The notes: generated from the sequence alone by a model not told the origin. A DNA stretch of 25,249 bases from an uncultured Clostridia bacterium (GCA_947624755.1 CANQLQ010000001.1:1-25249); one strand, 5' to 3'; shown: positions 16,243 through 25,249, counted from the stretch's first letter. Numbers and translations are program-made.

Positions 16243-16419
16243 TTTGTATAAAAAGTATAGGATAAAAATATGAAAAGTGTTAGAAAGGAAATGGCACAGA
16301 TTTGAAATACTGTTTTTGTTAAATTTTTTACTTTATATTAATCTTCAATTAAAATTCTGTATTAGCGCCGGTATTTTATAATGATGATTAGTATTTAATG
16401 TGTCATTATGGTGATTGTT

Positions 16420-17760
16420 ATGTCAACGAAATTAATTGATAAATATGTCCGTGATTTTGTCAATTGTGATGAAATTAAATCATATCAGGAAAAAATTGAA
16501 AAAGCCCATAAAGCGCTTCACGAAAAAACGGGTGCAGGCAGTGATTTTACAGGCTGGGTGAATTTGCCGGTTGATTACGATAAAGACGAATTTGCGAGAA
16601 TCAAAATCGCAGCGGAAAAAATAAAAAAGAACAGCGATATACTTATTGTAATAGGTATCGGGGGTTCATATCTCGGCGCAAGAGCCGTTATTGAATTTAT
16701 CAAGTCTCAAAATTACAATGATCTTCGCAAGGATACGCCGGCCATTTATTTTGCCGGCAATACAATAAGCTCATCTTCACTTTCGGAGCTTGTTGAAATC
16801 TGTGACGGCAAAGACTTCAGCGTTAACGTAATTTCAAAGTCAGGCACAACAACCGAGCCTGCGATTGCTTTTCGTGTTTTCCGTGAACTTCTTATCAAAA
16901 AATACGGTAAAGAAGCAGCAAAAGACAGGATATTCGTTACAACCGACAAAGCGAGAGGAACACTAAAGGCTTTTGCCGACAGAGAGGGCTATGAAACTTT
17001 TGTTGTTCCCGACGAAGTAGGCGGCAGATATTCTGTACTTACCGCCGTAGGTCTTCTTCCGATTGCGGCGGCAGATATTGATATTGACGCTCTTATGAAA
17101 GGCGCGGCAAAGGCAAGGGAAGCTCTTATGCCGACTTCAATTGAAGAAAACGACTGCTACAAATATGCTGCAATTCGCAACGCCCTTTATAATAAAGGCA
17201 AATGCACCGAAATGTATGTAAGCTATGAACCCTGCTTTACAATGATGAATGAATGGATAAAACAGCTTTTCGGTGAAAGCGAAGGCAAAGAAGGCAAGGG
17301 CCTTTTCCCGGCTTCGGCAATTTTCTCAACCGACCTTCATTCTCTCGGTCAGTATATTCAGCAAGGCGAAAGAATACTTTTTGAAACCGTTATAACTTTT
17401 GACGAGCCGAAAAAGGAATTTATAATTGAAGAAGACAGCGAAAATGTTGACGGTCTTAACTTCCTTGCAGGTAAATCAATGTCATTTGTTAACCGCAAAG
17501 CTTTTGAAGGCACTATTCTTGCCCATAATGACGGCGGTGTACCGAATCTTGTTCTTTCTCTTGAAAAGATGGACGAAGAAAATATCGGTTATCTTATATA
17601 TTTTCTTGAAAAGGCCTGTGCAATTTCAGGTTATGTTCTCGGAGTAAATCCGTTCGACCAGCCGGGTGTTGAAAGCTATAAGAAAAATATGTTTGCGCTC
17701 CTTGGTAAACCGGGTTATGAAAAAGAGAAAGAAGCACTTGAACTTCGTCTCGGTTTGTGA
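16420..17760 (+). CDS. pgi: Glucose-6-phosphate isomerase
   Basis: [54 protein letters not shown] motifs. Start placed at ATG 16420. Confidence 0.96.
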   Translation: MSTKLIDKYVRDFVNCDEIKSYQEKIEKAHKALHEKTGAGSDFTGWVNLPVDYDKDEFARIKIAAEKIKKNSDILIVIGIGGSYLGARAVIEFIKSQNYNDLRKDTPAIYFAGNTISSSSLSELVEICDGKDFSVNVISKSGTTTEPAIAFRVFRELLIKKYGKEAAKDRIFVTTDKARGTLKAFADREGYETFVVPDEVGGRYSVLTAVGLLPIAAADIDIDALMKGAAKAREALMPTSIEENDCYKYAAIRNALYNKGKCTEMYVSYEPCFTMMNEWIKQLFGESEGKEGKGLFPASAIFSTDLHSLGQYIQQGERILFETVITFDEPKKEFIIEEDSENVDGLNFLAGKSMSFVNRKAFEGTILAHNDGGVPNLVLSLEKMDEENIGYLIYFLEKACAISGYVLGVNPFDQPGVESYKKNMFALLGKPGYEKEKEALELRLGL

Positions 17761-17770
17761 TAAAATATAA

Positions 17771-17819
17771 ATGTGAATACCAAAATTTGCAAAATTTTGT
17801 GGATTTTGGTGATTTACAT
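17771..17819 (+). other. Long intergenic stem-loop after pgi
   Basis: ATGTGAAT..CCAAAATTT-GCAA / TTGT-GGATTTTGG..ATTTACAT, with mismatches resolving as G-U on the + strand; no U-tract. Confidence 0.65.
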
Positions 17820-17864
17820 AAAATAATAGATGCGAGAAATTTTAATTACAAGGAGGAAATATAC

Positions 17865-18281
17865 ATGATTTCTCTTATTTTAGGACACAAAGGCACAGGC
17901 AAAACAAAACAGCTTATCGCTCATGTAAATGAAGCTATAGAACAGAGCAAAGGCAATGTTGTTTGTGTTGAAGAAAGAACGAAGCTTACTTATGACGTAG
18001 ACCACCGTGCAAGACTTGTTGCTGCCGATGACTATAAGGTCAAAGGTTATGATGCTTTCTATGGTTTTCTTTCGGGCATTTGTGCAGGCGACCACGATAT
18101 TACTGATATTCTTGTTGACGCAACACTTAAAATCGGCGGCAGAGATTACAACAAGCTTGCCGAGTTTCTCGATGCCGTTTATAATCTCAGCGAAGATTTG
18201 GAAAAGAACTTTGTTTTCACGGTTTCTGCCGATAAGGAAGAAATTCCGGAATCGGTTTTCAACTTCTGCAAAGTTATTTAA
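17865..18281 (+). CDS. Small P-loop NTP-binding protein of unknown function
   Basis: AAGGAGG RBS before ATG 17865; Walker A GHKGTGKT; Walker B-like ILVD; 138 aa. Confidence 0.75.
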   Translation: MISLILGHKGTGKTKQLIAHVNEAIEQSKGNVVCVEERTKLTYDVDHRARLVAADDYKVKGYDAFYGFLSGICAGDHDITDILVDATLKIGGRDYNKLAEFLDAVYNLSEDLEKNFVFTVSADKEEIPESVFNFCKVI

Positions 18282-18297
18282 GAAACAATTTATTTCG

Positions 18298-18321
18298 GCG
18301 GCAGTTTTCCTGCCGCTTTTT
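18298..18321 (+). terminator. Intrinsic terminator
   Basis: GCGGCAG-TTTTC-CTGCCGC followed by TTTTT. Confidence 0.85.
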
Positions 18322-18348
18322 GTGTTTTAAAAAGAAAAAGCATACTAA

Positions 18349-18585
18349 GGAAGCGCTGATTAATACAAGCTGCCCTGCTTGACGGTAAATTATTCTGTAA
18401 TACTTTGTCAAAATGCTCGGCAATACACAAAGTATTTACTTATATTTTTGGAATAAAAAATTCCAAATTAGGTACAAAGTGTTTTCGCGGTGTAAAATTA
18501 TAATTTTATATAATTTCTATCCTGCGTAATTCATACAGGCGATGCCTGCCGCCAATTAGGACACCCTGAGTTAATCGGCTATTCA
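18349..18585 (+). mobile_element. MITE copy A (237 bp)
   Basis: CTAA|GGAAGCGCTGATTAA ... TTAATCGGCTATTCA|TTAA (degenerate right repeat); contains one reverse hairpin unit at about 18524-18550. Confidence 0.75.
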
Positions 18586-18606
18586 TTAATAATTACGGTG
18601 AAATAA

Positions 18607-19215
18607 ATGGATTTTGAATTTGAAAAAGCAGCAATGAAAAAAGGCTATAATGTTATCTGCGGAATTGATGAAGCGGGAAGAGGTCCTCTTTGCGGGCCGG
18701 TTTGTGCGGCGGCGGTCATTTTGCCTGTTGATTGCGAAATTGAAGGAATTAATGATTCAAAAAAACTCAGCGAAAAAAAGCGTGAATCTCTTTTTGATAT
18801 AATAATATCCAAGGCAGTTGCATATTCTGTTTCAATGGTGGATGCAAAAACCATTGACGAAATAAACATTCTTCAGGCAACTTTCCTTGCAATGCGAAAC
18901 GCTGTAAACGGACTTTGCGTAAAGCCGGACTATGCTCTTATTGACGGAAATCAGAAACCCGGGCTTGATATTTTTCAGGAAACCGTTGTAAAAGGGGACG
19001 CAAAGTCCGTTTCAATTGCGGCGGCTTCAATTCTCGCAAAAGTTACAAGGGACAGATATATGTATGAACTGGATAAAAAATATCCCGAATACCGGTTTGC
19101 AAAACACAAAGGCTACGGAACGAAGCTTCACTATGAAATGATTTATGAAAACGGAATATGCCAAGAGCACCGAAGAACGTTTTTAAAAAAGATATTGGGT
19201 ACAAATGAAAAATAA
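18607..19215 (+). CDS. rnhB: Ribonuclease HII
   Basis: GIDEAGRG, INDSKKL, ALIDGN, KGDAKS.SIAAASILAKV.RD, KHKGYGT motifs. Confidence 0.95.
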   Translation: MDFEFEKAAMKKGYNVICGIDEAGRGPLCGPVCAAAVILPVDCEIEGINDSKKLSEKKRESLFDIIISKAVAYSVSMVDAKTIDEINILQATFLAMRNAVNGLCVKPDYALIDGNQKPGLDIFQETVVKGDAKSVSIAAASILAKVTRDRYMYELDKKYPEYRFAKHKGYGTKLHYEMIYENGICQEHRRTFLKKILGTNEK

Positions 19216-19585
19216 AAAAGACAGCGGAAAAGAAGGCGAAATATTCTGCGCTTCGTATTTTGAAAGGCTCGGATATAAAATTATTGATTGCAATTACCAT
19301 TGCCGTTTCGGTGAAATTGATGTGATTGCAGAAAATGAAAAATCAATTGTTTTTGCAGAAGTTAAAACGAGAAGCGAAGGCTGTATAGCCGAAGCGAGAG
19401 AGGCCGTTACATTCGCCAAGCAAAAGAAAATTATGCTTACAGCGCTTGATTTTATCTCCAAAAATAATACCGGAAAGCAAATAAGATTTGATGTTTTTGA
19501 GGTTCTTGTCAACAAAAGCGGAAGAATTTATAAATTCAGAAATATTGAAAATGCGTTTAATTTTGATGATAGTCTTATTTATTGA
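19205..19585 (+). CDS. yraN: YraN family (UPF0102) putative endonuclease
   Basis: GKEGE, FGEIDVIA, VFAEVKTR, EAVT..KQ, RFDV motifs; overlaps the end of rnhB. Confidence 0.85.
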   Translation: MKNKKDSGKEGEIFCASYFERLGYKIIDCNYHCRFGEIDVIAENEKSIVFAEVKTRSEGCIAEAREAVTFAKQKKIMLTALDFISKNNTGKQIRFDVFEVLVNKSGRIYKFRNIENAFNFDDSLIY

Positions 19586-19595
19586 CGGAGAATAT

Positions 19596-20477
19596 ATGAA
19601 TTATTTTGATCTTCATTGTGATACGATAAGTAAAGCTTATGAAGAAGGGCTTTCGCTTGAAAGTTCAAAATTAGAGGTAAATCTGAAAAACATTACGATG
19701 TTTGAAAAATATAACCAATGCTTTGCTCTTTTTATAAATGACAAATTCAAGAGCTTTGAAGCGGAAAGAAGGGCTGAGGAGCTTTACGGCTTTTATTTAA
19801 GCCGAAAGTCGGACTTTGAAAAGCAAAAAAATCTCAAACCGATTTTGACGATTGAAAACTGTGAGTGTTTCAATGAAAGGCTTGAAAATATTGAACTTTG
19901 GGAATCGAGAAAAACCGCAATGGCAACACTTACATGGAACGGTGAAAACAGTCTGGGCTTCGGTTCGGGTGTCAGAAGCGGCGGACTCAAACCGTTCGGA
20001 TTTAAAGCCCTCGGTGAAATGGAAGAGCGGGGAATAGTTGTTGATGTTTCTCATCTAAACGAAGACGGCTTTCGAGATGTATGTAAAAAAGCAAAAAGAG
20101 CGTTTGTCGCTTCGCACAGTAATTGCTTTTCGCTAAGACAACATAATCGAAATTTAAAGGATTACCAGATTAAGGAAATCATTTTCCGCGGCGGTCTTAT
20201 TGGAATCTGTTTTTATCCCCCTTTTCTCGGAAACGGTAATGTTTATAAGCTTGTTTATGAGCATATAAAACATATTTTATCTTTAGGCGGTGAAGATGTA
20301 ATTGCGTTTGGAAGTGATTTTGACGGCGCAAGAATGAATAAAAAACTTTGCAAAATCGAACAAGTAAAAAATTTATATAATTTTTTGCTCAAAAAAGGCT
20401 TTGAAAAAGAACTGCTTGAAAAGATTTTTTTCAAAAATTCGGAAAAATTTTTTAATAATATTTTACAACTGCAATAA
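19596..20477 (+). CDS. Membrane dipeptidase (peptidase M19 family)
   Basis: FDLHCDT, TIEN, TLTWN, VDVSHL, ASHSN, RNLKD, FGSDFDG motifs. Start moved to ATG 19596 after CGGAG. Confidence 0.85.
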   Translation: MNYFDLHCDTISKAYEEGLSLESSKLEVNLKNITMFEKYNQCFALFINDKFKSFEAERRAEELYGFYLSRKSDFEKQKNLKPILTIENCECFNERLENIELWESRKTAMATLTWNGENSLGFGSGVRSGGLKPFGFKALGEMEERGIVVDVSHLNEDGFRDVCKKAKRAFVASHSNCFSLRQHNRNLKDYQIKEIIFRGGLIGICFYPPFLGNGNVYKLVYEHIKHILSLGGEDVIAFGSDFDGARMNKKLCKIEQVKNLYNFLLKKGFEKELLEKIFFKNSEKFFNNILQLQ

Positions 20478-20490
20478 ATTGTGTTATTAT
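20462..20490 (+). promoter_or_regulatory. Probable thrC promoter
   Basis: TTTACA, 17 bp, TATTAT with extended -10 TG; overlaps the end of the dipeptidase gene. Confidence 0.6.
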
Positions 20491-20511
20491 AAAAAGGATA
20501 TCGCTTACTAA

Positions 20512-20634
20512 GGAATCACTGATTAATACAAGCAATCCTGCTCGGCGGTAAATTATTCCGTCATTTCACCCAAAAATTCTCATTAATACACAAAGTATTA
20601 CCTTTAAGTTACCTTTGATTAAATCAGCGATTCC
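20512..20634 (+). mobile_element. MITE copy C (123 bp) with exact 4-bp target duplication
   Basis: CTAA (20508-20511)|GGAATCACTGATT ... AATCAGCGATTCC|CTAA (20635-20638). Confidence 0.85.
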
Positions 20635-20665
20635 CTAAGGTATAAGAAATTTGGAGGTTTAAAAT

Positions 20666-22162
20666 ATGCTTTATACAAGTACAAGAGACAAGAGTGTTCA
20701 CGTTTCATCTTCACAGGCAATCGCTCAGGGAATTTCAAAGGACGGAGGACTTTTTGTTCCCGAAGAAATTCCCGCAATCAGCGCTGATTTTATTGATTCG
20801 CTCGTAGGTCTTGATTATATTACAAGAGCAAAAAAAGTTCTTTCTCTTTATCTTACGGATTTCTCTGAAGAAGAAATTGATATGTGCGTTTCGGGAGCAT
20901 ATAAAGAAGGTAAGTTTTCAAGCAAAAAGGTAGCGCCAATCAGGAAAATAGCCGACGGCGGCAATGTTCTTGAGCTTTGGAGAGGTCCTACCTGTGCATT
21001 TAAGGATATGGCTCTTCAGCTGCTTCCTTATCTTCTCACCGTTGCCGCAAAAAAAACTGTTGCCGACAAGACTATCGTTATTCTTGTTGCAACCTCGGGC
21101 GATACGGGCAAAGCGGCGCTTGAAGGCTTCAAAGATGTTCCGGGTACTAAAATTATGGTTTTCTATCCCGAGGACGGTGTAAGTCCTATGCAGAAGCTTC
21201 AAATGACGACCCAAGAAGGTTCAAATGTCTGCGTTTGCGCTATTAACGGAAACTTTGACGATGCGCAAAGCGGCGTTAAGGCGATTTTCACAAACAGCGA
21301 TGTTGCCGCAAAGCTTGCCGAAAACGGTATGATGTTCTCTTCGGCAAATTCAATCAACTGGGGCAGACTTGTTCCGCAAATTGTCTATTATATTTCGGCC
21401 TATGCCGACCTTATTGAAAACGGAACAATCAAAAACGGCGACGAAATAAATGTTGTTGTGCCGACCGGTAACTTCGGTAATATACTTGCCGCATACTATG
21501 CAAAAAGAATGGGAGTTCCCGTTAAGACCCTTGTCTGCGCATCAAACGCAAATAACGTTCTTACCGATTTCCTCAAAACCGGAACTTATGACAAAAACAG
21601 AAGCTTTTATGCAACAACTTCACCGTCAATGGATATTCTTATTTCATCAAATCTTGAAAGACTTCTTTTCCACCTCACAGGCGCAGATGATGCAAAAATC
21701 ACCGATTGGATGAATGCTCTTTCAAAAGACGGTAAATACAGCGTTGACAAAGAAGTTGCCGATAAAATTTTTGCAATTTTTGACGCAGGCTTTTGTGATG
21801 ATAAAGAAACGGCTAAAACAATTTCAAAGACATATAAAGACGGCTATCTTTGCGATACTCATACTGCCGTTGCGGTCAAAGTTTATGAAGAATATGCCCA
21901 AAGAACAGGCGATAAGACCGAAACTGTAATTGCTTCAACAGCAAATCCGTATAAATTCTCTGCGGCTGTGCTTAAAGCTGTCGGTGATGAAATTCCCGAA
22001 GGCGCAGATGAATTTGACCAGGTCAAGCTTCTAATTGACGAAACCGGTGAGCCATGCCCGCCGCAGCTTGCAAATCTCAAGGATAAACCGGTAAGATTCA
22101 AGGCTGTCTGCAGCAAGGAAGATATGACAAAAACGGTTTATGATATGCTTGGCATAAAATAA
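20666..22162 (+). CDS. thrC: Threonine synthase
   Basis: YTSTR, DGGLFVP, GPTCAFKD (PLP Lys), ATSGDTG, ANSINWGRL, PTGNFGN, SPSMDI, TANPYKF motifs; GGAGG RBS. Confidence 0.95.
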   Translation: MLYTSTRDKSVHVSSSQAIAQGISKDGGLFVPEEIPAISADFIDSLVGLDYITRAKKVLSLYLTDFSEEEIDMCVSGAYKEGKFSSKKVAPIRKIADGGNVLELWRGPTCAFKDMALQLLPYLLTVAAKKTVADKTIVILVATSGDTGKAALEGFKDVPGTKIMVFYPEDGVSPMQKLQMTTQEGSNVCVCAINGNFDDAQSGVKAIFTNSDVAAKLAENGMMFSSANSINWGRLVPQIVYYISAYADLIENGTIKNGDEINVVVPTGNFGNILAAYYAKRMGVPVKTLVCASNANNVLTDFLKTGTYDKNRSFYATTSPSMDILISSNLERLLFHLTGADDAKITDWMNALSKDGKYSVDKEVADKIFAIFDAGFCDDKETAKTISKTYKDGYLCDTHTAVAVKVYEEYAQRTGDKTETVIASTANPYKFSAAVLKAVGDEIPEGADEFDQVKLLIDETGEPCPPQLANLKDKPVRFKAVCSKEDMTKTVYDMLGIK

Positions 22163-22272
22163 ATGAAGAACACATAATAAAGAGCTTTAAAAAAAGAAGT
22201 CCGAAAGGGGTCTTTTGGCGAGAAAACACTGCAATTTTTATGAGGTATTGCCCTTAAAAAGGAGAAAAAGTA

Positions 22273-22965
22273 ATGTCACTTTTTGCAATAGCGGATACAC
22301 ATCTGTCGTTTGGAACCGATAAGCCGATGAATGTTTTTCGCGGCTGGGATAATTATGTCGAACGTCTTGAAAAAAACTGGCGCGCGGTTATAGACGATGA
22401 TGATACCGTTGTAATTGCCGGAGACATTTCATGGGCAATGAAAACCGAAGAGGCAAAAAAAGACTTTGCTTTTCTTAATTCTCTGCCGGGAAGAAAAATT
22501 ATAATAAAAGGAAACCACGATTATTGGTGGCAGACCAAAAAGAAGCTTGATGAATTTTTGGAAGAAAATAATTTTGACACAATTGAAATTTTGTTCAACA
22601 ATGCTTATAAGGCAGGCAATTTTGCTGTCTGCGGAAGCCGAGGTTGGTTTTTCGATGCCGAAAACGATGCGGGGAAAAAGGTGCTCCTTCGTGAAGCGGG
22701 GAGACTTCGTATGTCCATAAAAGAGGCGAAAAAACTCAGCGATAAGCCCATAGCATTTCTGCATTATCCGCCGGTGACTCTTTCGCAAAGCTGTAATGAA
22801 ATTATTAATGTTTTAAAAGAGGAAAAAATCGAACGCTGCTTTTACGGACACCTTCACGCTCAATCTGTTTACAGTGCATTTACAGGTAAATTTGATGGAA
22901 TTGATTTTAAGCTTATTTCCGCTGATTTTATTCAATTTTGTCCGAAATTAATCGAAAAATTTTGA
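22273..22965 (+). CDS. Calcineurin-like metallophosphoesterase
   Basis: ADTHL, GDISW, GNHDY, LHYPP, GHLH motifs; AAGGAG RBS. Confidence 0.85.
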   Translation: MSLFAIADTHLSFGTDKPMNVFRGWDNYVERLEKNWRAVIDDDDTVVIAGDISWAMKTEEAKKDFAFLNSLPGRKIIIKGNHDYWWQTKKKLDEFLEENNFDTIEILFNNAYKAGNFAVCGSRGWFFDAENDAGKKVLLREAGRLRMSIKEAKKLSDKPIAFLHYPPVTLSQSCNEIINVLKEEKIERCFYGHLHAQSVYSAFTGKFDGIDFKLISADFIQFCPKLIEKF

Positions 22966-22992
22966 AAAAAGTATAGCTTTTTTATTTTATTA

Positions 22993-23001
22993 TGCTATAA
23001 T
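22993..23001 (+). promoter_or_regulatory. Extended -10 promoter for tig
   Basis: TGcTATAAT, about 60 nt upstream of the tig start. Confidence 0.55.
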
Positions 23002-23063
23002 ACCTAAGTATAAAAAATAATGGGTTTTTGTGACCGATTAATTCAAGTATAGGAGTTTTAAAA

Positions 23064-24374
23064 ATGAGTTTGAAAAATTCAACCAAAACAGACAAGGCAA
23101 ATCTTTGGACTCTCGAAATTTCAATTGATGCCGATACATTTGAAGCGGCTCAGAAAAAAGCTTTTGCAAAAAAGAAAAATCGAATTTCTTATCCCGGCTT
23201 CCGTAAAGGTAAGGTTCCGCGCAATATGGCTGAAAAGGTTTACGGTGAAGGCTTCCTTTATGAAGATGCGCTTGAAATCTGCTATCCGGAAGCTGTTGAA
23301 GCTGCAATCAAGGAATCAGGTCTTGATGTAGTCGGAACAGATAAGGCCGATATCAAGGAAATCAGCAAGAACGGTGTTGAGCTTACAGTTGACGTTTACA
23401 CCAAGCCCGAAGTTGAAGTTACGGCATACAAAGGTCTTGAAGCCGAAGTTAAGCCGACGGAAGCGACAGACGAAGAGGTTCAGGCTAAGATTGACGCTCT
23501 TGTTGAAAGAAACGCAAGAATTATCACCGTCGAAGACAGAGCGGCTCAGGACAAAGACATTGCAGTTATTGATTTTGAAGGCTTTGTTGACGGCAAGCCG
23601 TTTGAAGGCGGTAAAGGTGAAGAATATGAGCTTACGCTCGGTTCCGGTCAGTTTATTCCCGGTTTTGAAGACCAGATAGTCGGCCATAACGCAGGCGATG
23701 AATTTGACGTTAACGTAACTTTCCCCGAACAGTACACAGAGGCCCTTGCGGGAAAAGATGCAACATTCAAGGTCATTCTTCATGAAATCAAGAGCAAGGA
23801 ACTTCCCGAAGTTGACGATGAATTTGCTCAAGATGCGGCTGACTGTGATAATGTTGACGCACTCAAGGCTTCTCTTAAAGAAGAACTTATTGAGGAAAAG
23901 AAAGCCGCCAACGACAGCGAAGTAAGACGGCAGGTTCTTGAAAAGCTCGCTGAAAATATTGTTGCCGAAATTCCGCCGGTAATGGTTGAAAGCGAAATTG
24001 ATAACCAGATAAGAGATTTGGACTATCGTCTTTCAGCTCAGGGTATGAACTTTGAACTTTATCTTCAGTATACCGGCATGACAATGCAGCAGTATAGGGA
24101 AAACGCAAAGGAAAACGCAGAAAACAACGTAAAGGTTCGTCTCGGACTTGAAAAGATAGCTGAATTGGAAAAAATTGAAGTTTCCGATGAAGAGCTTGAA
24201 GCTGAATATGAAAAGTTCTCACAAAATTACGGTATGGAAATTGACCAAATCAAAGCTGCGGTTCCGGCCGACGGACTCAAAAAGGATATTTCTTTCAACA
24301 AAGCCGTTGACTTTATTATTGCAAATGCAGCCGTAACCGAGAAGGCTGAAGAAAGTTCTCAAGAAGCTGAATAA
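23064..24374 (+). CDS. tig: Trigger factor
   Basis: PGFRKGKVP signature; FKBP domain (IDFEG.VDGKPFEGG, LGSGQFIPGFEDQIVG); located upstream of clpP. Confidence 0.96.
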   Translation: MSLKNSTKTDKANLWTLEISIDADTFEAAQKKAFAKKKNRISYPGFRKGKVPRNMAEKVYGEGFLYEDALEICYPEAVEAAIKESGLDVVGTDKADIKEISKNGVELTVDVYTKPEVEVTAYKGLEAEVKPTEATDEEVQAKIDALVERNARIITVEDRAAQDKDIAVIDFEGFVDGKPFEGGKGEEYELTLGSGQFIPGFEDQIVGHNAGDEFDVNVTFPEQYTEALAGKDATFKVILHEIKSKELPEVDDEFAQDAADCDNVDALKASLKEELIEEKKAANDSEVRRQVLEKLAENIVAEIPPVMVESEIDNQIRDLDYRLSAQGMNFELYLQYTGMTMQQYRENAKENAENNVKVRLGLEKIAELEKIEVSDEELEAEYEKFSQNYGMEIDQIKAAVPADGLKKDISFNKAVDFIIANAAVTEKAEESSQEAE

Positions 24375-24430
24375 TAAATGTTTAACCTATAATTCTTCGG
24401 TCAACAATAAAATCGAAGTAATTCATAAAT

Positions 24431-24466
24431 CCGGAGCTGTTGTAGAGTGTTCTGTGACAGCTTCGG
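24431..24466 (+). other. Intergenic stem-loop (tig-clpP)
   Basis: CCGGAGCTGTTGTAGA / TCTGTGACAGCTTCGG fully pairable with G-U on the + strand; no strong U-tract. Confidence 0.65.
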
Positions 24467-24552
24467 CTTATGTTAAAATAAAACACCTTTTATTTGTTTT
24501 TAGGTATAGGATTATAATTTAATTATCGAATTTTTGTTAGGAGGATATTTTT

Positions 24553-25134
24553 ATGCCATTAGTACCATATGTAATTGATCAGACAAGTCGCGGTGAGCGT
24601 CAGTATGATATTTATTCCCGTCTTCTTGAGGACAGAATTATTGTTCTTTCCGACCAGGTAAATGACCAGACAGCAAGCCTTGTTGTAGCTCAGCTTCTTT
24701 ACCTTGAAGGTAAGGATTCGGAAAAGGATATCAGCTTTTATATCAACAGCCCGGGCGGAAGTGTTTCCGCAGGCCTTGCAATTTATGACACAATGCAGTA
24801 TATCAAATGCGATGTATCGACTATATGCATGGGTATGGCTGCAAGCATGGGAGCCTTCCTTCTTTCTTCGGGAACAAAGGGTAAGAGATTTGCCCTTCCG
24901 AACAGTGAAGTTATGATTCATCAGCCCTCCGGCGGAGCACAGGGACAGGCAACAGAAATTAAAATCGTTGCGGAGAACATTCTCAAAACAAGAGATAAGC
25001 TCAATAAAATTCTTGCTGAAAATACAGGCAAACCGATTGACGTTATAGCCCGTGATACTGAGCGCGACAATTTTATGTCGGCCGAGGAAGCTCTTGAATA
25101 TGGCCTTATTGACAAGGTGCTTACAAAGAGATAA
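24553..25134 (+). CDS. clpP: ATP-dependent Clp protease proteolytic subunit
   Basis: DIYSRLL, YINSPGG, GMAASMG (Ser), MIHQP (His), ERDNFM motifs; AGGAGG RBS. Confidence 0.97.
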   Translation: MPLVPYVIDQTSRGERQYDIYSRLLEDRIIVLSDQVNDQTASLVVAQLLYLEGKDSEKDISFYINSPGGSVSAGLAIYDTMQYIKCDVSTICMGMAASMGAFLLSSGTKGKRFALPNSEVMIHQPSGGAQGQATEIKIVAENILKTRDKLNKILAENTGKPIDVIARDTERDNFMSAEEALEYGLIDKVLTKR

Positions 25135-25175
25135 ATGACTTATTTAAGGCAGCCGCTGATTATTTTTTAATTTAA

Positions 25176-25249
25176 GGAATCACTGATTAATACAAGCAGC
25201 CCTACTTGACGGTAAATTATTCCGTCATTTAGCCCAAAAATTCTCGTTA
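25176..25249 (+). mobile_element. MITE copy D (truncated by window end)
   Basis: TTAA|GGAATCACTGATTAATACAAGC...GACGGTAAATTATTCCGTCATT, colinear with copy C. A degenerate extra end lies at 25148-25162. Confidence 0.8.

Noticed and set aside
17757-17864. N-terminal extensions given by the ORF track (here and at 459, 2046, 14322, 14849, 16408, 19488)
   Set aside because: RBS position and family N-termini favour the downstream starts listed in the features.
22163-22272. Riboswitch (e.g. preQ1-I) in the thrC-phosphoesterase spacer
   Set aside because: Only short weak stems; the conserved loop nucleotides are absent.
24375-24552. CtsR or CIRCE heat-shock operator before clpP
   Set aside because: A single GGTCAA half-site near 24400 with no tandem partner, and no CIRCE inverted repeat.
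827-25115. Many short antisense or alternate-frame ORFs in the track
   Set aside because: They overlap well-supported genes, lack RBSs and have no recognisable motifs; treated as shadow ORFs.

Overview
Core chromosome of a low-GC Clostridia-type (probably Oscillospirales-like; inference) bacterium. Housekeeping content: a purine operon (purC partial, purF, purM, purN, purD, fused purL), a convergent nagA, tRNA-Lys(UUU), tmcAL, mtaB, a DacF-type carboxypeptidase, pgi, a small P-loop protein, rnhB-yraN-dipeptidase, thrC, a metallophosphoesterase, tig and clpP. Non-housekeeping structure: (1) a ~1.5 kb decayed prophage next to the tRNA that keeps an intact CI-like repressor, two divergent sigma70-type promoters and repeated operators, while integrase and cro survive only as stubs; (2) a dense family of IS5-like MITEs (terminal GGAA(T/G)C(A/G/T)CTGATTAA, CTAA/TTAA flanks), with four larger copies and four or five solo ends, one copy carrying an array of 27-bp covarying hairpins; (3) a ~145-nt structured RNA candidate upstream of pgi; (4) long intergenic hairpins inside operons, some lying between a Shine-Dalgarno-like motif and an SD-less start codon; (5) a PurF whose glutaminase catalytic residues are all missing. 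All calls were made by eye from motifs; no database searches were run.
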